Shown one piece after another: positions 53,960 through 63,121 of a DNA stretch of 64,000 bases. The stretch comes from Thermodesulfobacteriota bacterium. GTDB taxonomy: Bacteria > Desulfobacterota_D > UBA1144 > Nemesobacterales > Mycalebacteriaceae. The stretch spans positions 128,001 through 192,000 of the forward strand of contig CBDAQI010000001.1 of assembly GCA_965198945.1 (NCBI GenBank). Reading direction: 5' to 3'. The notes below the pieces were generated by a model. That model was not told the DNA's origin, did not search any database, and saw nothing but the letters and a program-made list of their open reading frames with translations. The translations under genes were made by a program, and so were the position numbers. Within the stretch, counting starts at the first letter, position 1, and every line of letters begins with the position of its first letter.

Positions 53960-54571
53960 ATGTTGCAAAACAGTATAGAGCGAATAAACGATTTTTGGTT
54001 TGGAGAGACGGACAAAGACGGGTTTTACAACCCGGAAAAATCCTCCAAATGGTTTATCAAAGATGAAAACTTTGACCGTCTCGTGAAACGGGATTTTGCC
54101 GTCTTCTTGCCTTTCGCACGGAGCGGGGAATTGGACCGGATGCTTGAGGTGCCTCGCGGGGCGCTTGCTTTCATAATTCTTACCGACCAGTTTCCGCGAA
54201 ACATACACCGGGGGCTCGCAGAATCTTTCGCTTTTGATGATATTTCCCTTGCCGCCTGTCAAAAAGGCATGGATTCCGGTTTTGACTCCTCTCTTTTGCC
54301 GGTTGAGAGAATTTTCTTTTATATGCCGCTTATGCATTCCGAGGATATTTCCGTTCAGAAAATTTCGGTAAAAGCTTTTTCGTCTCTTGCGGATGAATTT
54401 AAGAATTCTCCGGAGATTTTTAAATTTTTGAAAGGCTCTGCGGATTTTGCATTAAAACATTTTGAAATCATTGAAAAATTCCGCAGGTATCCGCACAGAA
54501 ATAAAATACTGGGACGGGAATCAAATTCCGAAGAGATAGAATTTCTGAAACAGCCGGGGAGTTCGTTTTAG
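53960..54571 (+). CDS. DUF924 family protein
   Basis: FWFG, WF.KD..FD, IILTDQFPRN, F.YMPLMHSE, F.RYPHRN.ILGR, PGSSF. Confidence 0.92.
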   Translation: MLQNSIERINDFWFGETDKDGFYNPEKSSKWFIKDENFDRLVKRDFAVFLPFARSGELDRMLEVPRGALAFIILTDQFPRNIHRGLAESFAFDDISLAACQKGMDSGFDSSLLPVERIFFYMPLMHSEDISVQKISVKAFSSLADEFKNSPEIFKFLKGSADFALKHFEIIEKFRRYPHRNKILGRESNSEEIEFLKQPGSSF

Positions 54572-54695
54572 AATTTTGATAATTTATTGCAGTTGCTGAA
54601 AACTTTCTATGCCGATGTGAAATCAACAAAGCTATTGTCAGACGACAATATTGTATAATAATTTTTGTCTAATATAAACATAGAGTTAGAGGCGG

Positions 54696-55013
54696 GAAAA
54701 ATGTTTTATTATCCAACCACTTTCGGATAAGTATAAAAACGTTGCGACAAAACTTATAAAACTGCAATAAAAAATGCGGGTTTGTTTCCTTGTCTTGTTG
54801 ACGAGGATTATAATCCGGTAAAACTTAAAATTGAAATAATTCAGAAGGAAATTACAAAAAGGCTTAAAATTGCAGTTGAGAAAAAACCGTCGCAGTGAGG
54901 AAACATCGCCCAATCAAATTTCCACGGTTGAATTTGAAGACGCCGAACTATTTATTTTCTGGTCTTGGTGTTTCAACAACAAAGAATTATTGCGTTGCAA
55001 ATTTGAAATTTAA
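54696..55013 (+). pseudogene. Remnant of a nucleoside 2-deoxyribosyltransferase-like/TIR-like protein gene
   Basis: Hand translation EKCFIIQPLSDKY, frameshift, KRCDKTYKTAIKNAGLFPCLVDED...EIIQKEITKRL; resembles the CFVIQPF..F.KRY...Y.PAI..AGL...RVD N-terminus; AT-rich, no start codon. Confidence 0.45.
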
Positions 55014-55065
55014 GCCTATAGACACTTTGTAATAAAGCAGATGCAATGTGGGTATATTTGGACTT

Positions 55066-55479
55066 GTGAAAATCCTCGCCCTTGATGTCGGAACAAAAAC
55101 CATCGGAGTTGCCGCGAGTGATGAGCTCGGCATAACCTCAAACGGTCTCGGCGTTATAAAACGTGCGGGAGAGAAAAAAGACTTGGAGTCTCTCGCGGTT
55201 TTTGTGAACGAACACAAACCCGGTCGCATAGTCGTGGGAATTCCGTTTAATGCGGACGGCTCTCTCGGCGAAAGAGGAAAAAACATAAAAAGTTTTTCCG
55301 AATCTATAAGGGATTTTTTCGGTGTTGAAACGGCTCTGTGGGATGAGAGTTTTTCAACGGTTGAGGCGGAAAAAACCATGATCAAAGCCGGCATGGGAAG
55401 AAAGAGAAGAAAAAAGAAGGTTGATAAGACGGCCGCGGTCGTTATCCTGCGGGAATACCTTGACAGTCTGGAGAGTTAA
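55066..55479 (+). CDS. ruvX: YqgF/RuvX family nuclease (pre-16S rRNA processing)
   Basis: ILALDVGTKTIGVAASD, VVGIP, WDESFST, VDKTAA.VIL. Confidence 0.93.
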   Translation: MKILALDVGTKTIGVAASDELGITSNGLGVIKRAGEKKDLESLAVFVNEHKPGRIVVGIPFNADGSLGERGKNIKSFSESIRDFFGVETALWDESFSTVEAEKTMIKAGMGRKRRKKKVDKTAAVVILREYLDSLES

Positions 55480-56277
55480 ATGCCTTTTGCGAAAGTAAAC
55501 GGAGTGAACATCAACTACGAGGAACACGGCTCAGGCAAACCGGTTTTTCTAATCGGCGGACTTGGAAGCACAATCCAAAGCTGGGATGATCAGGTTGCCG
55601 TCTATTCAAAACATTTCAGAGTAATTGTTTTTGACAATCGGGGGTCAGGTCTTTCGGACAAACCTGTTGAGCCCTATTCAACCGAGGATATGGCGGATGA
55701 CACGGTTGCGCTCGCAGATTTTCTCGGTATTGAAAAAGCGTCTTTCGTCGGCAAGTCAATGGGCGGCATGATAACCCAGTGGATTGGCATTAAGTATCCG
55801 GACAGAACTGAGCGGCTTGTGATGGGATGCTCATCCGCACGCAGGGACGAAGTGGGCAACTTGATACTTGAGACGGGCAGGCACATAGCCGAGAAAGCCG
55901 GGATGGGTGCGGTCTGGCTGACGGCGCTTTTTCTCGGGTATGGCAGAAAATATATTGAAGATAACCTTGCGGAGATAAGAGAACGTCTCTCTCGTGTAAA
56001 AACAGCTCCCGAAGACATAGCAGGCTACCACGGCCAGTGCGGAGCGTGCGAAGGTCACGAAACAGCCAGTTTGTTGCATCTCATAAAAGCGCCGACCCTC
56101 GTAATGTTCGGAACGGAGGACAATGTTACCGACCCGACCCGTGCGGCGGAGGTGGGGGAGTTGATAGCGGATTCAAGAGTTTGCGCCTTTGACGGTGCGG
56201 GACACGGATTTTGGCGAGAAAAGAAAGACGAGGTTGATGGCCTGGTGATTGACTTTCTTATGGAAAACAATACCTAA
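55480..56277 (+). CDS. Alpha/beta fold hydrolase
   Basis: FDNRGSG.S, GKSMGG nucleophile elbow, PTLV.FG.ED, GAGH. Confidence 0.92.
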   Translation: MPFAKVNGVNINYEEHGSGKPVFLIGGLGSTIQSWDDQVAVYSKHFRVIVFDNRGSGLSDKPVEPYSTEDMADDTVALADFLGIEKASFVGKSMGGMITQWIGIKYPDRTERLVMGCSSARRDEVGNLILETGRHIAEKAGMGAVWLTALFLGYGRKYIEDNLAEIRERLSRVKTAPEDIAGYHGQCGACEGHETASLLHLIKAPTLVMFGTEDNVTDPTRAAEVGELIADSRVCAFDGAGHGFWREKKDEVDGLVIDFLMENNT

Positions 56278-56307
56278 TTAAATGTAGGAACCGGTGAGGT
56301 CTGAAAA

Positions 56308-56760
56308 TTGAGACTGAGACTTTTTCTTTTTAGATCATATGGAGGTGACTCCGCCGCTTTCGTAGCGAGGCTTTTTCTCGGCGGAGTTATGTTGCCTCAC
56401 GGTCTTGAAAAACTTCTGAATTTTGACCAGACAATGGCGGGGCTCACCGCCGGTGTGGGTCTTCCTTCCACGGTGGCGTTTCTTGTGATAATGGCGGAAT
56501 CGGTTGGCTCCGTCTCCCTCATCATAGGTTTGATGTCTCGTTTTTGCGCTCTTTCCATCGGAATTATAATGACCGGAGCAATCTGGATGTTTCATCTCAA
56601 CCACGGCTTCTTTATGAACTGGAAAGGGGAGCTGGAGAAAGGAGGAGAGGGGTATGAATACCACCTTCTCGCCATCGCTCTCGCCCTTGTTATAACTATT
56701 TCAGGCGGCGGAAAATTTTCGGTGGACAGTTTGATTACACGTTTGCTGAAGGGGTCTTAG
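56308..56760 (+). CDS. DoxX family membrane protein (copy 1)
   Basis: RLFLG.VMLPHG..K, ES.G...LI.G...R, HGFFMNW, GEGYEYHLL, GGGKFSVD. Confidence 0.9.
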   Translation: MRLRLFLFRSYGGDSAAFVARLFLGGVMLPHGLEKLLNFDQTMAGLTAGVGLPSTVAFLVIMAESVGSVSLIIGLMSRFCALSIGIIMTGAIWMFHLNHGFFMNWKGELEKGGEGYEYHLLAIALALVITISGGGKFSVDSLITRLLKGS

Positions 56761-56772
56761 TCATTTTTTCTC

Positions 56773-56800
56773 CGCACGCCGGATATATCCGTTGCGTGCG
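56773..56800 (+). terminator. Stem-loop after DoxX copy 1
   Basis: CGCACGC...GCGTGCG enclosing the palindrome CGGATATATCCG; T-rich sequence follows shortly. Confidence 0.35.
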
Positions 56801-56986
56801 CATCACTCTTTTGCCCGCGCTTTGCCGGTTTTCCGCAAACCGTCTGCCGTGCGTAAGGCTTTAGTATGCGTTTTGTGTTTGTAACGCCGTTACTCTTCAA
56901 AACAGACGGGTTTAGGGCTGTTCTGGTGTTTGACTTTGTTAAGGGCGGTGCTATTTTATAATAATTAAGGACTCAGGAGGTCAAAA

Positions 56987-57433
56987 ATGAAGTTGCTTTC
57001 TCAGAAGTTACTTTTTCAAACCGATGAAAACATTGCGGGTCTCGTAGCAAGAGTTTGTCTCGGAGTGGTTATCTTTCCTCACGGTCTTCCCAAACTCATG
57101 ACTTTTGAGCAGACAATGAACGGGTTTACCAATGGTCTGGGCCTTCCGACAGTCGTGGCGTTTCTTGTGATAATAGGCGAATCAATCGGAGCAATTTCTC
57201 TTATTCTGGGTTTTATGTCTCGCTTTTGCGCATTTTCAATCGGCATCATAATGGTTGGTGTGGCCTGGATATTCCATTTTGAAAACGGCTTTTTTATGAA
57301 CTGGAGGGGCAATTTGAACGGAGAGGGTTATGAATACTTTATTCTTGCCGTCGGTCTCGCCCTGGTTGTTACCTTTTCCGGTGGTGGAAAATTTTCCCTT
57401 GACCGGTTGATTACGCGCTCTTATCTGCGCTGA
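56987..57433 (+). CDS. DoxX family membrane protein (copy 2)
   Basis: RVCLG.VIFPHG, GFFMNW, GEGYEY, GGGKFSLD; AGGAGG RBS. Confidence 0.92.
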   Translation: MKLLSQKLLFQTDENIAGLVARVCLGVVIFPHGLPKLMTFEQTMNGFTNGLGLPTVVAFLVIIGESIGAISLILGFMSRFCAFSIGIIMVGVAWIFHFENGFFMNWRGNLNGEGYEYFILAVGLALVVTFSGGGKFSLDRLITRSYLR

Positions 57434-57538
57434 TTCAAAGCCCGCTCCCGGTTGCGGAGACACGGGAGCCCATACCCGACTCAAATTTCGGTGATTTTGG
57501 CGGTTGACTTTTTTCCGGGAAATGGTGTCTAATTTTGT

Positions 57539-57988
57539 ATGCATTGGGGGCTGAGGTTTGTTTTTGGAACTGATGATGGCCTGGGGGGTCTGATAGCGAG
57601 GCTTTTTCTCGGAATCGTCATGTTGCCTCACGGTGTTCCAAATCTCCTGGATTTTGACCGGGCAATGGCCGGCCTGACCGCCGGAGTGGGGATATCTTCA
57701 TCAGTGGCTTTTCTGGTAATAATCGGAGAATCATTCGGCGCAGCCGCTCTCATTCTGGGCTTTATGTCTCGTTTTTGTGCTCTTTCAATAGCAACCATCA
57801 TGGTCGGAGCAATCTGGACATTGCATCTCAGCCATGGTTTTTTTATGAACTGGGGAGACACTAAGGCGGGGGAGGGTTATGAGTATCATCTTCTCGCAAT
57901 TGGTCTTGCCCTTTTCGTTGCTGTTTGCGGCGGGGGAAGGATTTCGCTTGACGGTCTGCTAGCCCGCCGTTATCTGATCTCACGTTGA
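57539..57988 (+). CDS. DoxX family membrane protein (copy 3)
   Basis: RLFLG.VMLPHG, HGFFMNW, GEGYEYHLL, GGGRISLD. Confidence 0.9.
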   Translation: MHWGLRFVFGTDDGLGGLIARLFLGIVMLPHGVPNLLDFDRAMAGLTAGVGISSSVAFLVIIGESFGAAALILGFMSRFCALSIATIMVGAIWTLHLSHGFFMNWGDTKAGEGYEYHLLAIGLALFVAVCGGGRISLDGLLARRYLISR

Positions 57989-58015
57989 TCCTCCCGTTTC
58001 GGGAGTGCGGACGAC

Positions 58016-58339
58016 CTATTTCTTTTCCGGAGTGCCGACGGCGCTTTCAAGTTCTCCGCTCCGGAACATCTCATCGCAGATGTCGCAACCCCCTATGAAC
58101 TCGCCGTTTATGTAAAGCTGGGGAATTGTAGGCCAGTTGGAAAAGTCCTTTATTCCCTGGCGAATTTCCTCATTTTCCAGCACGTTGACCGTTTCATAAC
58201 GGACGCCGAGTGTGTTGAGTATCTGCACGACCCTTGCGGAAAATCCGCACATCGGCTGCTCTCTGGTTCCCTTCATGTAGAGAAGAACGGGGTTGTTTTT
58301 CACCTGAGAGCTGATTGTATTTTTGATATCTTCAGACAT
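58016..58339 (-). CDS. grxD: Monothiol glutaredoxin (Grx4)
   Basis: YMKGT..QPMCGFS, WPTIPQLY.NGEFIGGCDI. Confidence 0.96.
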   Translation of the reverse strand: MSEDIKNTISSQVKNNPVLLYMKGTREQPMCGFSARVVQILNTLGVRYETVNVLENEEIRQGIKDFSNWPTIPQLYINGEFIGGCDICDEMFRSGELESAVGTPEKK

Positions 58340-58587
58340 TTTTCTCCTCCGTTTTTAAGGGAATCCCACTGTTTCTGTGTATAGGTTTTGATTGAAAGTG
58401 CGTGAATATCTTCCTTCATTGCGCCGCCGAGGGCGGAATAGACGAGTTTGTGCCTCTCAACCGGTGTTTTTCCCTCAAAATTGCCCGAAACAACCACCGC
58501 TTCAAAGTGTCTTCCGTCTCCCTGAACATCAACATGGGTTGTGTCGAGAGATTTTTCTATTGCTGATTTAATGCTTTCCGGGCTCAC
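58300..58587 (-). CDS. bolA: BolA/IbaG family protein
   Basis: GDGRHFEAVVVS..FEG...VERH.LVY.ALG..M..DIHALSIK; coupled to grxD; start uncertain. Confidence 0.92.
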   Translation of the reverse strand: MSPESIKSAIEKSLDTTHVDVQGDGRHFEAVVVSGNFEGKTPVERHKLVYSALGGAMKEDIHALSIKTYTQKQWDSLKNGGEKCLKISKIQSALR

Positions 58588-58644
58588 GGGTGTTATTATC
58601 TTTGCCGGCCCAATGGTTGTCAATAAATAAACGGAGACAGAGAA

Positions 58645-59085
58645 ATGCTTGTGTCGGAAATAATGAGTAAGCCCGCAATAACTGTGAGTGAAAACGCTCT
58701 GCTGAGGGATGTCGCCGCATTGATTTCAAAAAACTCAATCGGCTGTCTTCCCGTTGTGGATGAAGGCGGAAAACTTGTCGGAATCATATCGGAGAGCGAT
58801 TTTATCGGCGCGATGCAGGGTGTTCCTTTTTCAAGACAGACCGGACACGTGCTGTTCGGCAAATGGACCGATGGCAAAGGAATTGTGCGCAGCTGTAGAG
58901 AAGCGGGCGGGCTCCACCTCAAAGATTTCATGCAGTCCCGTGTTTTTACGGTGGAAGAAAACGAGACTGTTGAAAACGCGGTGACCGTAATGCTGAAGAA
59001 CCGTGTTCACAAACTGCCCGTCTTAAAAGACGGCAAGCCTGTCGGAATATTTTCCAGAAAAGACCTGCTGAAGATTTTTGAGTAG
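58645..59085 (+). CDS. CBS domain pair protein
   Basis: V.EIMS.P.ITV, LPVVD..GKLVGIISESD, LPV.KDGK.VGI.SR.DLL. Confidence 0.9.
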   Translation: MLVSEIMSKPAITVSENALLRDVAALISKNSIGCLPVVDEGGKLVGIISESDFIGAMQGVPFSRQTGHVLFGKWTDGKGIVRSCREAGGLHLKDFMQSRVFTVEENETVENAVTVMLKNRVHKLPVLKDGKPVGIFSRKDLLKIFE

Positions 59086-59115
59086 TACGCAGTTCAGTCA
59101 AAGGAAATCTGTCTT

Positions 59116-60501
59116 TTGTATCCGAGGGTAGTTATTGCGGGAGAGCGGAGCGGGTGCGGCAAAACCGCCGTCTCACTAGCGCTGATGAACGCTCTTTCAC
59201 GCAGAGGTCTGCGTGTGCAGGGTTTCAAGACCGGGCCGGACTACATAGACCCTTCGCACTACGAATCCAGAACCGGCTTGGGCGGAAGAAACATAGACCT
59301 GTGGATGACAAAACCATATCACGTCCTTGAACTTTTCTGCCATAATGCCTCGCGCGCTGATATTTCGGTTATTGAAGGCGTTATGGGTCTCTACGACGGG
59401 GCTTATCCGGACAACACGGCGAGCACGGCCCACACGGCAAAGTTTCTCGGCGCTCCCGTGATTCTGGTTTTGAACGGCAGAGGCGGCTCACAGACCGCAG
59501 CCGCAGCCGCGCTCGGTTTGAAGATGTTTGATGCGGATATAAACATTGCGGGTTTTGTGCTGAATCGTGTTTTTTCAAAAGCTCGCGCCCACACGGTCGC
59601 ACGCACGGTTACGGAAAAAACCGGCATACGGTTTCTGGGGTTCATTCCCGAAGAGGACGAAATTGCCGTCGCTTCAAGGCACCTCGGTCTTATGCATGCG
59701 GCGGAGGTCCCGGTCTGCGCGAAAACACTCTCCACGGAAGCGGATATCGTCTTAAAATCGCTTGATGTTGAGCGGATTGAAAAAATAGCCCGCTCGGCTC
59801 CCCCTCTTGTTTCTTCACCGCTCGGCGGTAACTCACTGTTTCCCTCCACACGCCGGCCGCAGACCGTGCGGCTTGCGGTCGCCCGCGACAGGGCATTTTC
59901 GTTCTACTACGAAGACACTCTTGAACTGCTCTCACTGTGGGGGTGTGAGATAGCAGCCTTTTCCCCTCTGCGCGAAGAGCGTTTGCCCGAAGGGACGGAT
60001 GCGGTTTTCATAGGCGGGGGGTTCCCCGAACTTTATTGCGAGGAGCTTGAGGGTAACGCTTCAATGAGAAGTCATTTGCGCAGTTTCGCGCTTGCGGGCG
60101 GGGCTGTTTACGCCGAATGCGGCGGGATGATGTATCTGGGCGGCGTGCTGAAAAATTTGAAAGGGCGCGGTTTTGAGATGTGCGGTGTGCTCCCGGTGGA
60201 TTTTGAGATGCGTCCCCGTCTTCACTCTCTGGGATACAGAGAAATTGTCGCCGGGGGAAACGCCGGTTTTTTCCGTTCGGGAGACAATGAAAAAGGGCAT
60301 GAGTTTCATTATTCCAAACTTGCGGACGGGTGTTCGGAGCCGGGTTTTTTTGAGATAACAAAGTCGGCGGGAGGGAGTTTCCGCGGCGGAGTCTGTTTCC
60401 GCAACACCGTCGCTTCGTATATTCATTTGAATCTTTTGTCGTCCGGCATGGTAAAAATCATACCGGAAAGGGTTCAGTCCCTTGCGAGGGCGGCGGTTTG
60501 A
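59116..60501 (+). CDS. cbiA: Cobyrinate a,c-diamide synthase
   Basis: SGCGKT, FKTGPDYIDP, IEGVMGLYDG, SRHLGL, AFSFYY, GGGFPE, AECGGMMYL, GHEFHYS. Confidence 0.95.
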   Translation: MYPRVVIAGERSGCGKTAVSLALMNALSRRGLRVQGFKTGPDYIDPSHYESRTGLGGRNIDLWMTKPYHVLELFCHNASRADISVIEGVMGLYDGAYPDNTASTAHTAKFLGAPVILVLNGRGGSQTAAAAALGLKMFDADINIAGFVLNRVFSKARAHTVARTVTEKTGIRFLGFIPEEDEIAVASRHLGLMHAAEVPVCAKTLSTEADIVLKSLDVERIEKIARSAPPLVSSPLGGNSLFPSTRRPQTVRLAVARDRAFSFYYEDTLELLSLWGCEIAAFSPLREERLPEGTDAVFIGGGFPELYCEELEGNASMRSHLRSFALAGGAVYAECGGMMYLGGVLKNLKGRGFEMCGVLPVDFEMRPRLHSLGYREIVAGGNAGFFRSGDNEKGHEFHYSKLADGCSEPGFFEITKSAGGSFRGGVCFRNTVASYIHLNLLSSGMVKIIPERVQSLARAAV

Positions 60502-61565
60502 AATTTTCCACTCACACTTCGGTGCCATTTCACGGCGGGCTTGATTATGAAGAAATTCTCAATATGGGGCTTGATCCCGCCCGTGTAATTGATTTTTCAA
60601 ACAATTTAAACCCGTTTTTTCCGTCTTCTGACCTGCTTGCGGGCGCGTGCGCCGGTGCGCGGGACTATCCGGATGCCGGGTATTCGGATTTGCGCCGCGC
60701 CGTTGCGGACGCTCACGACACTTTGCCCGAATGCGTTTTCGCGGGAAACGGGGCTTCTGAGATAGTGCATCTTTTGTGCAGGTGCATTCCCTCATCCGGC
60801 TCGGTTTTGGTCCCCGTGCCGACATTTTCCGAATACGAAAGAGCGGCCGCGATTTCCTCTATACGGACGGTTTTGTGTCATGCCGGAGAGGACTTGAGAT
60901 TCAACTCCCGCTCTGTGGCTTCGGAGATTGAGAGCTGCCGTCCCGACCTTGTTTTTCTGTGCAATCCCAACAACCCGACCGGTCTTTATCTTTCCCGTTC
61001 GGAAGTTGAGGAGATTGTTTCCGCCGCGCGTGAAGCGGTTGTGGTTGTAGATGAATCATATGTGGATTTTGTGGAAAACAAATGGGACTCAACTTCCCTT
61101 TTGGCTTCGGAAAATGTTGTGATTCTCCGCTCGCTTGCAAAATTTTACGGACTTGCCGGAATAAGGCTCGGATATGCGCTTTCAAGCCCGCGTGTGGTTT
61201 CAGTTCTCAACGCCGTGCGCCCGCCGTGGAATGTGAATTCGGTCGCTTGCAGGGCAGCACAGTCTATTTTTTCACTGCCGGCTGCCGTCTGTGATGAAAG
61301 CAGACGACTTGTTCTTGAGGCGAGAGCGAGTTTCGTTCAACTTCTGGAAGACGCTGGAAAGGAGTGTCTGCCGACCGACACGGGCTTTTTTCTTGTAAAA
61401 ACTCCGAACGCCGGTTCGGTCAGAGAGCGGCTGCTGAAAAAAGGCGTCTGTGTGCGTGACTGTTCTTCTTTTGGTCTTCCCTCGCATATACGCCTTGCCG
61501 CCCGCCCCCGGAAGGAGTGCGAAAAACTTCTAAGAGCATGGACGGAAACAGACCGTGAAAGCTAA
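60498..61565 (+). CDS. cobD: Threonine-phosphate decarboxylase (PLP-dependent)
   Basis: HGG, DFS.N.NP, YPD, GNGASE, CNPNNPTG, DESY.DF, RSLAKFYGLAGIRLGY; cob cluster context. Confidence 0.88.
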   Translation: MKFSTHTSVPFHGGLDYEEILNMGLDPARVIDFSNNLNPFFPSSDLLAGACAGARDYPDAGYSDLRRAVADAHDTLPECVFAGNGASEIVHLLCRCIPSSGSVLVPVPTFSEYERAAAISSIRTVLCHAGEDLRFNSRSVASEIESCRPDLVFLCNPNNPTGLYLSRSEVEEIVSAAREAVVVVDESYVDFVENKWDSTSLLASENVVILRSLAKFYGLAGIRLGYALSSPRVVSVLNAVRPPWNVNSVACRAAQSIFSLPAAVCDESRRLVLEARASFVQLLEDAGKECLPTDTGFFLVKTPNAGSVRERLLKKGVCVRDCSSFGLPSHIRLAARPRKECEKLLRAWTETDRES

Positions 61566-63066
61566 AACTTTGATGATTCAAGGCACGGCGTCTCATGTGG
61601 GAAAAACCGTTATAGCCGCCGGGCTGTGCAGGGTTTTTGCCCGTAAAGGGTTTTCCGTGGCTCCGTTCAAATCTCAAAATATGAGTTTGAATTCCTTTGT
61701 CACAAAAGACGGCTCGGAGATTGGAAGGGCGCAGGCGATGCAGGCACAGGCTGCGGGCACCGAGCCGCTTGCTGATATGAATCCCATACTTCTCAAGCCG
61801 CTGAAAGATGACGGCTCTCAGGTTGTGGTTCTCGGCAAACCCTCTGGCAATATGACTTTCACCGAGTATATGGAGTTTCGTCCGCAAGCCCTGAGCGTTG
61901 TGAAGGGTTCTCTTGAGCGTCTTATGAAAAAATTTGACCTGATAGTGGTGGAAGGCGCGGGCGGTGCGGCGGAAGTCAACTTCTCCCGCACTGAAATAGT
62001 AAATATGGCGATTGCAAAACTCGCGGACGCGCCGGTTCTGCTTGTGGGCGACATCGACAGGGGAGGGGTGTTTGCCTCTCTTGTGGGAACGCTTGAGCTG
62101 CTTGAGCGCAGTGAGAGGGAGCGTGTGCGCGGTCTGATAATAAACAAGTTTCGCGGTGACAGGTCTTTGCTTGATGATGGAATCGGGTTTCTTGAGAAGA
62201 AAACCGGAAAGCCTGTTGTGGGGGTTGTGCCACACATTGACCGGTTTTTTATTGACGATGAAGATTCGGTTTCCCTTGAAAATTTTACGCCGGAGAGTAC
62301 GGGCGGTGATGTGAAGGTGTGTGTTCCGAGATTTCCACGCATATCAAACTTTACAGACCTGCGTCCGCTTGAAATGGAAGACGGGGTTTCGGTTCTGTAT
62401 GCGCAAAGACCTTCGGAACTTGAAGATGCTGACGCGCTCGTGCTTGCCGGCAGCAAAGTGACAATTGCCGACTTGCGGTTTTTGAAAGAAAGCGCAATGG
62501 CGGAGAAGATTTCAGAAATGTGTGAGAGAGGCGTCCCGGTTGTGGCCGTTTGCGGCGGCTATCAGATGCTGGGGTCGCTTCTTGCGGACGAAAACGCCTT
62601 GGAGTCGGAGCGGGTTTTAGAGGAAGGGCTTGGTATTTTCCCTTTGAAAACTGAGATAAAAGAGAAGAAAATCCTCAGACAGACCTCAGCCGTAATCAAA
62701 AGCGGCGGCAAGGTATTTGCGGAAATTGAGGGCGGTGAAGTGAGTGGATACGAGATTCGTATGGGGCAAACTCGGTTTTTCGGCGAATCCTCAAACGGGG
62801 TCAGGTCTTTCCTTGAAAAACGGGACGGCTCTTTTGACGGAATGGTGAGTGAGGGAGGCAACGTTTACGGCACATATTTGCACGGGATTTTTGAGAATGA
62901 CAATTTCCGGCGCGCCTTTTTGGGGTATTTGCGGAAAAACAGGGGACTGCCTGATAAAGAGGTCACAAATTTCGCGCCTGAGATGGAAAAACAGTATGAC
63001 AGGCTCGCGGATTGTTTGGAAGAAAACCTGAATATTGATGTGATTTTAGACTTAGTTCACCGATAA
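61555..63066 (+). CDS. cobQ: Cobyric acid synthase
   Basis: QGTASHVGKT, PFKSQNMSLNS, EIGRAQ, MNPILLKP, DIDRGGVFAS, ISNFTD, CGGYQMLG, GTYLHG. Confidence 0.97.
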   Translation: MKAKTLMIQGTASHVGKTVIAAGLCRVFARKGFSVAPFKSQNMSLNSFVTKDGSEIGRAQAMQAQAAGTEPLADMNPILLKPLKDDGSQVVVLGKPSGNMTFTEYMEFRPQALSVVKGSLERLMKKFDLIVVEGAGGAAEVNFSRTEIVNMAIAKLADAPVLLVGDIDRGGVFASLVGTLELLERSERERVRGLIINKFRGDRSLLDDGIGFLEKKTGKPVVGVVPHIDRFFIDDEDSVSLENFTPESTGGDVKVCVPRFPRISNFTDLRPLEMEDGVSVLYAQRPSELEDADALVLAGSKVTIADLRFLKESAMAEKISEMCERGVPVVAVCGGYQMLGSLLADENALESERVLEEGLGIFPLKTEIKEKKILRQTSAVIKSGGKVFAEIEGGEVSGYEIRMGQTRFFGESSNGVRSFLEKRDGSFDGMVSEGGNVYGTYLHGIFENDNFRRAFLGYLRKNRGLPDKEVTNFAPEMEKQYDRLADCLEENLNIDVILDLVHR

Positions 63067-63121
63067 GGAGTTTTTTCTGTTATGTTGTTTTGGAGTCCGG
63101 AGAGCGGACGGGGAGACAAAA

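Noticed and set aside
54686..54913. 75-aa minus-strand ORF in the AT-rich gap
   Set aside because: Low-complexity F/N/I-rich translation; the + strand remnant explains the region better
58300..58345. BolA C-terminal extension overlapping grxD as a fusion or recoding signal
   Set aside because: Short overlap; simple coupling or a homopolymer indel explains it
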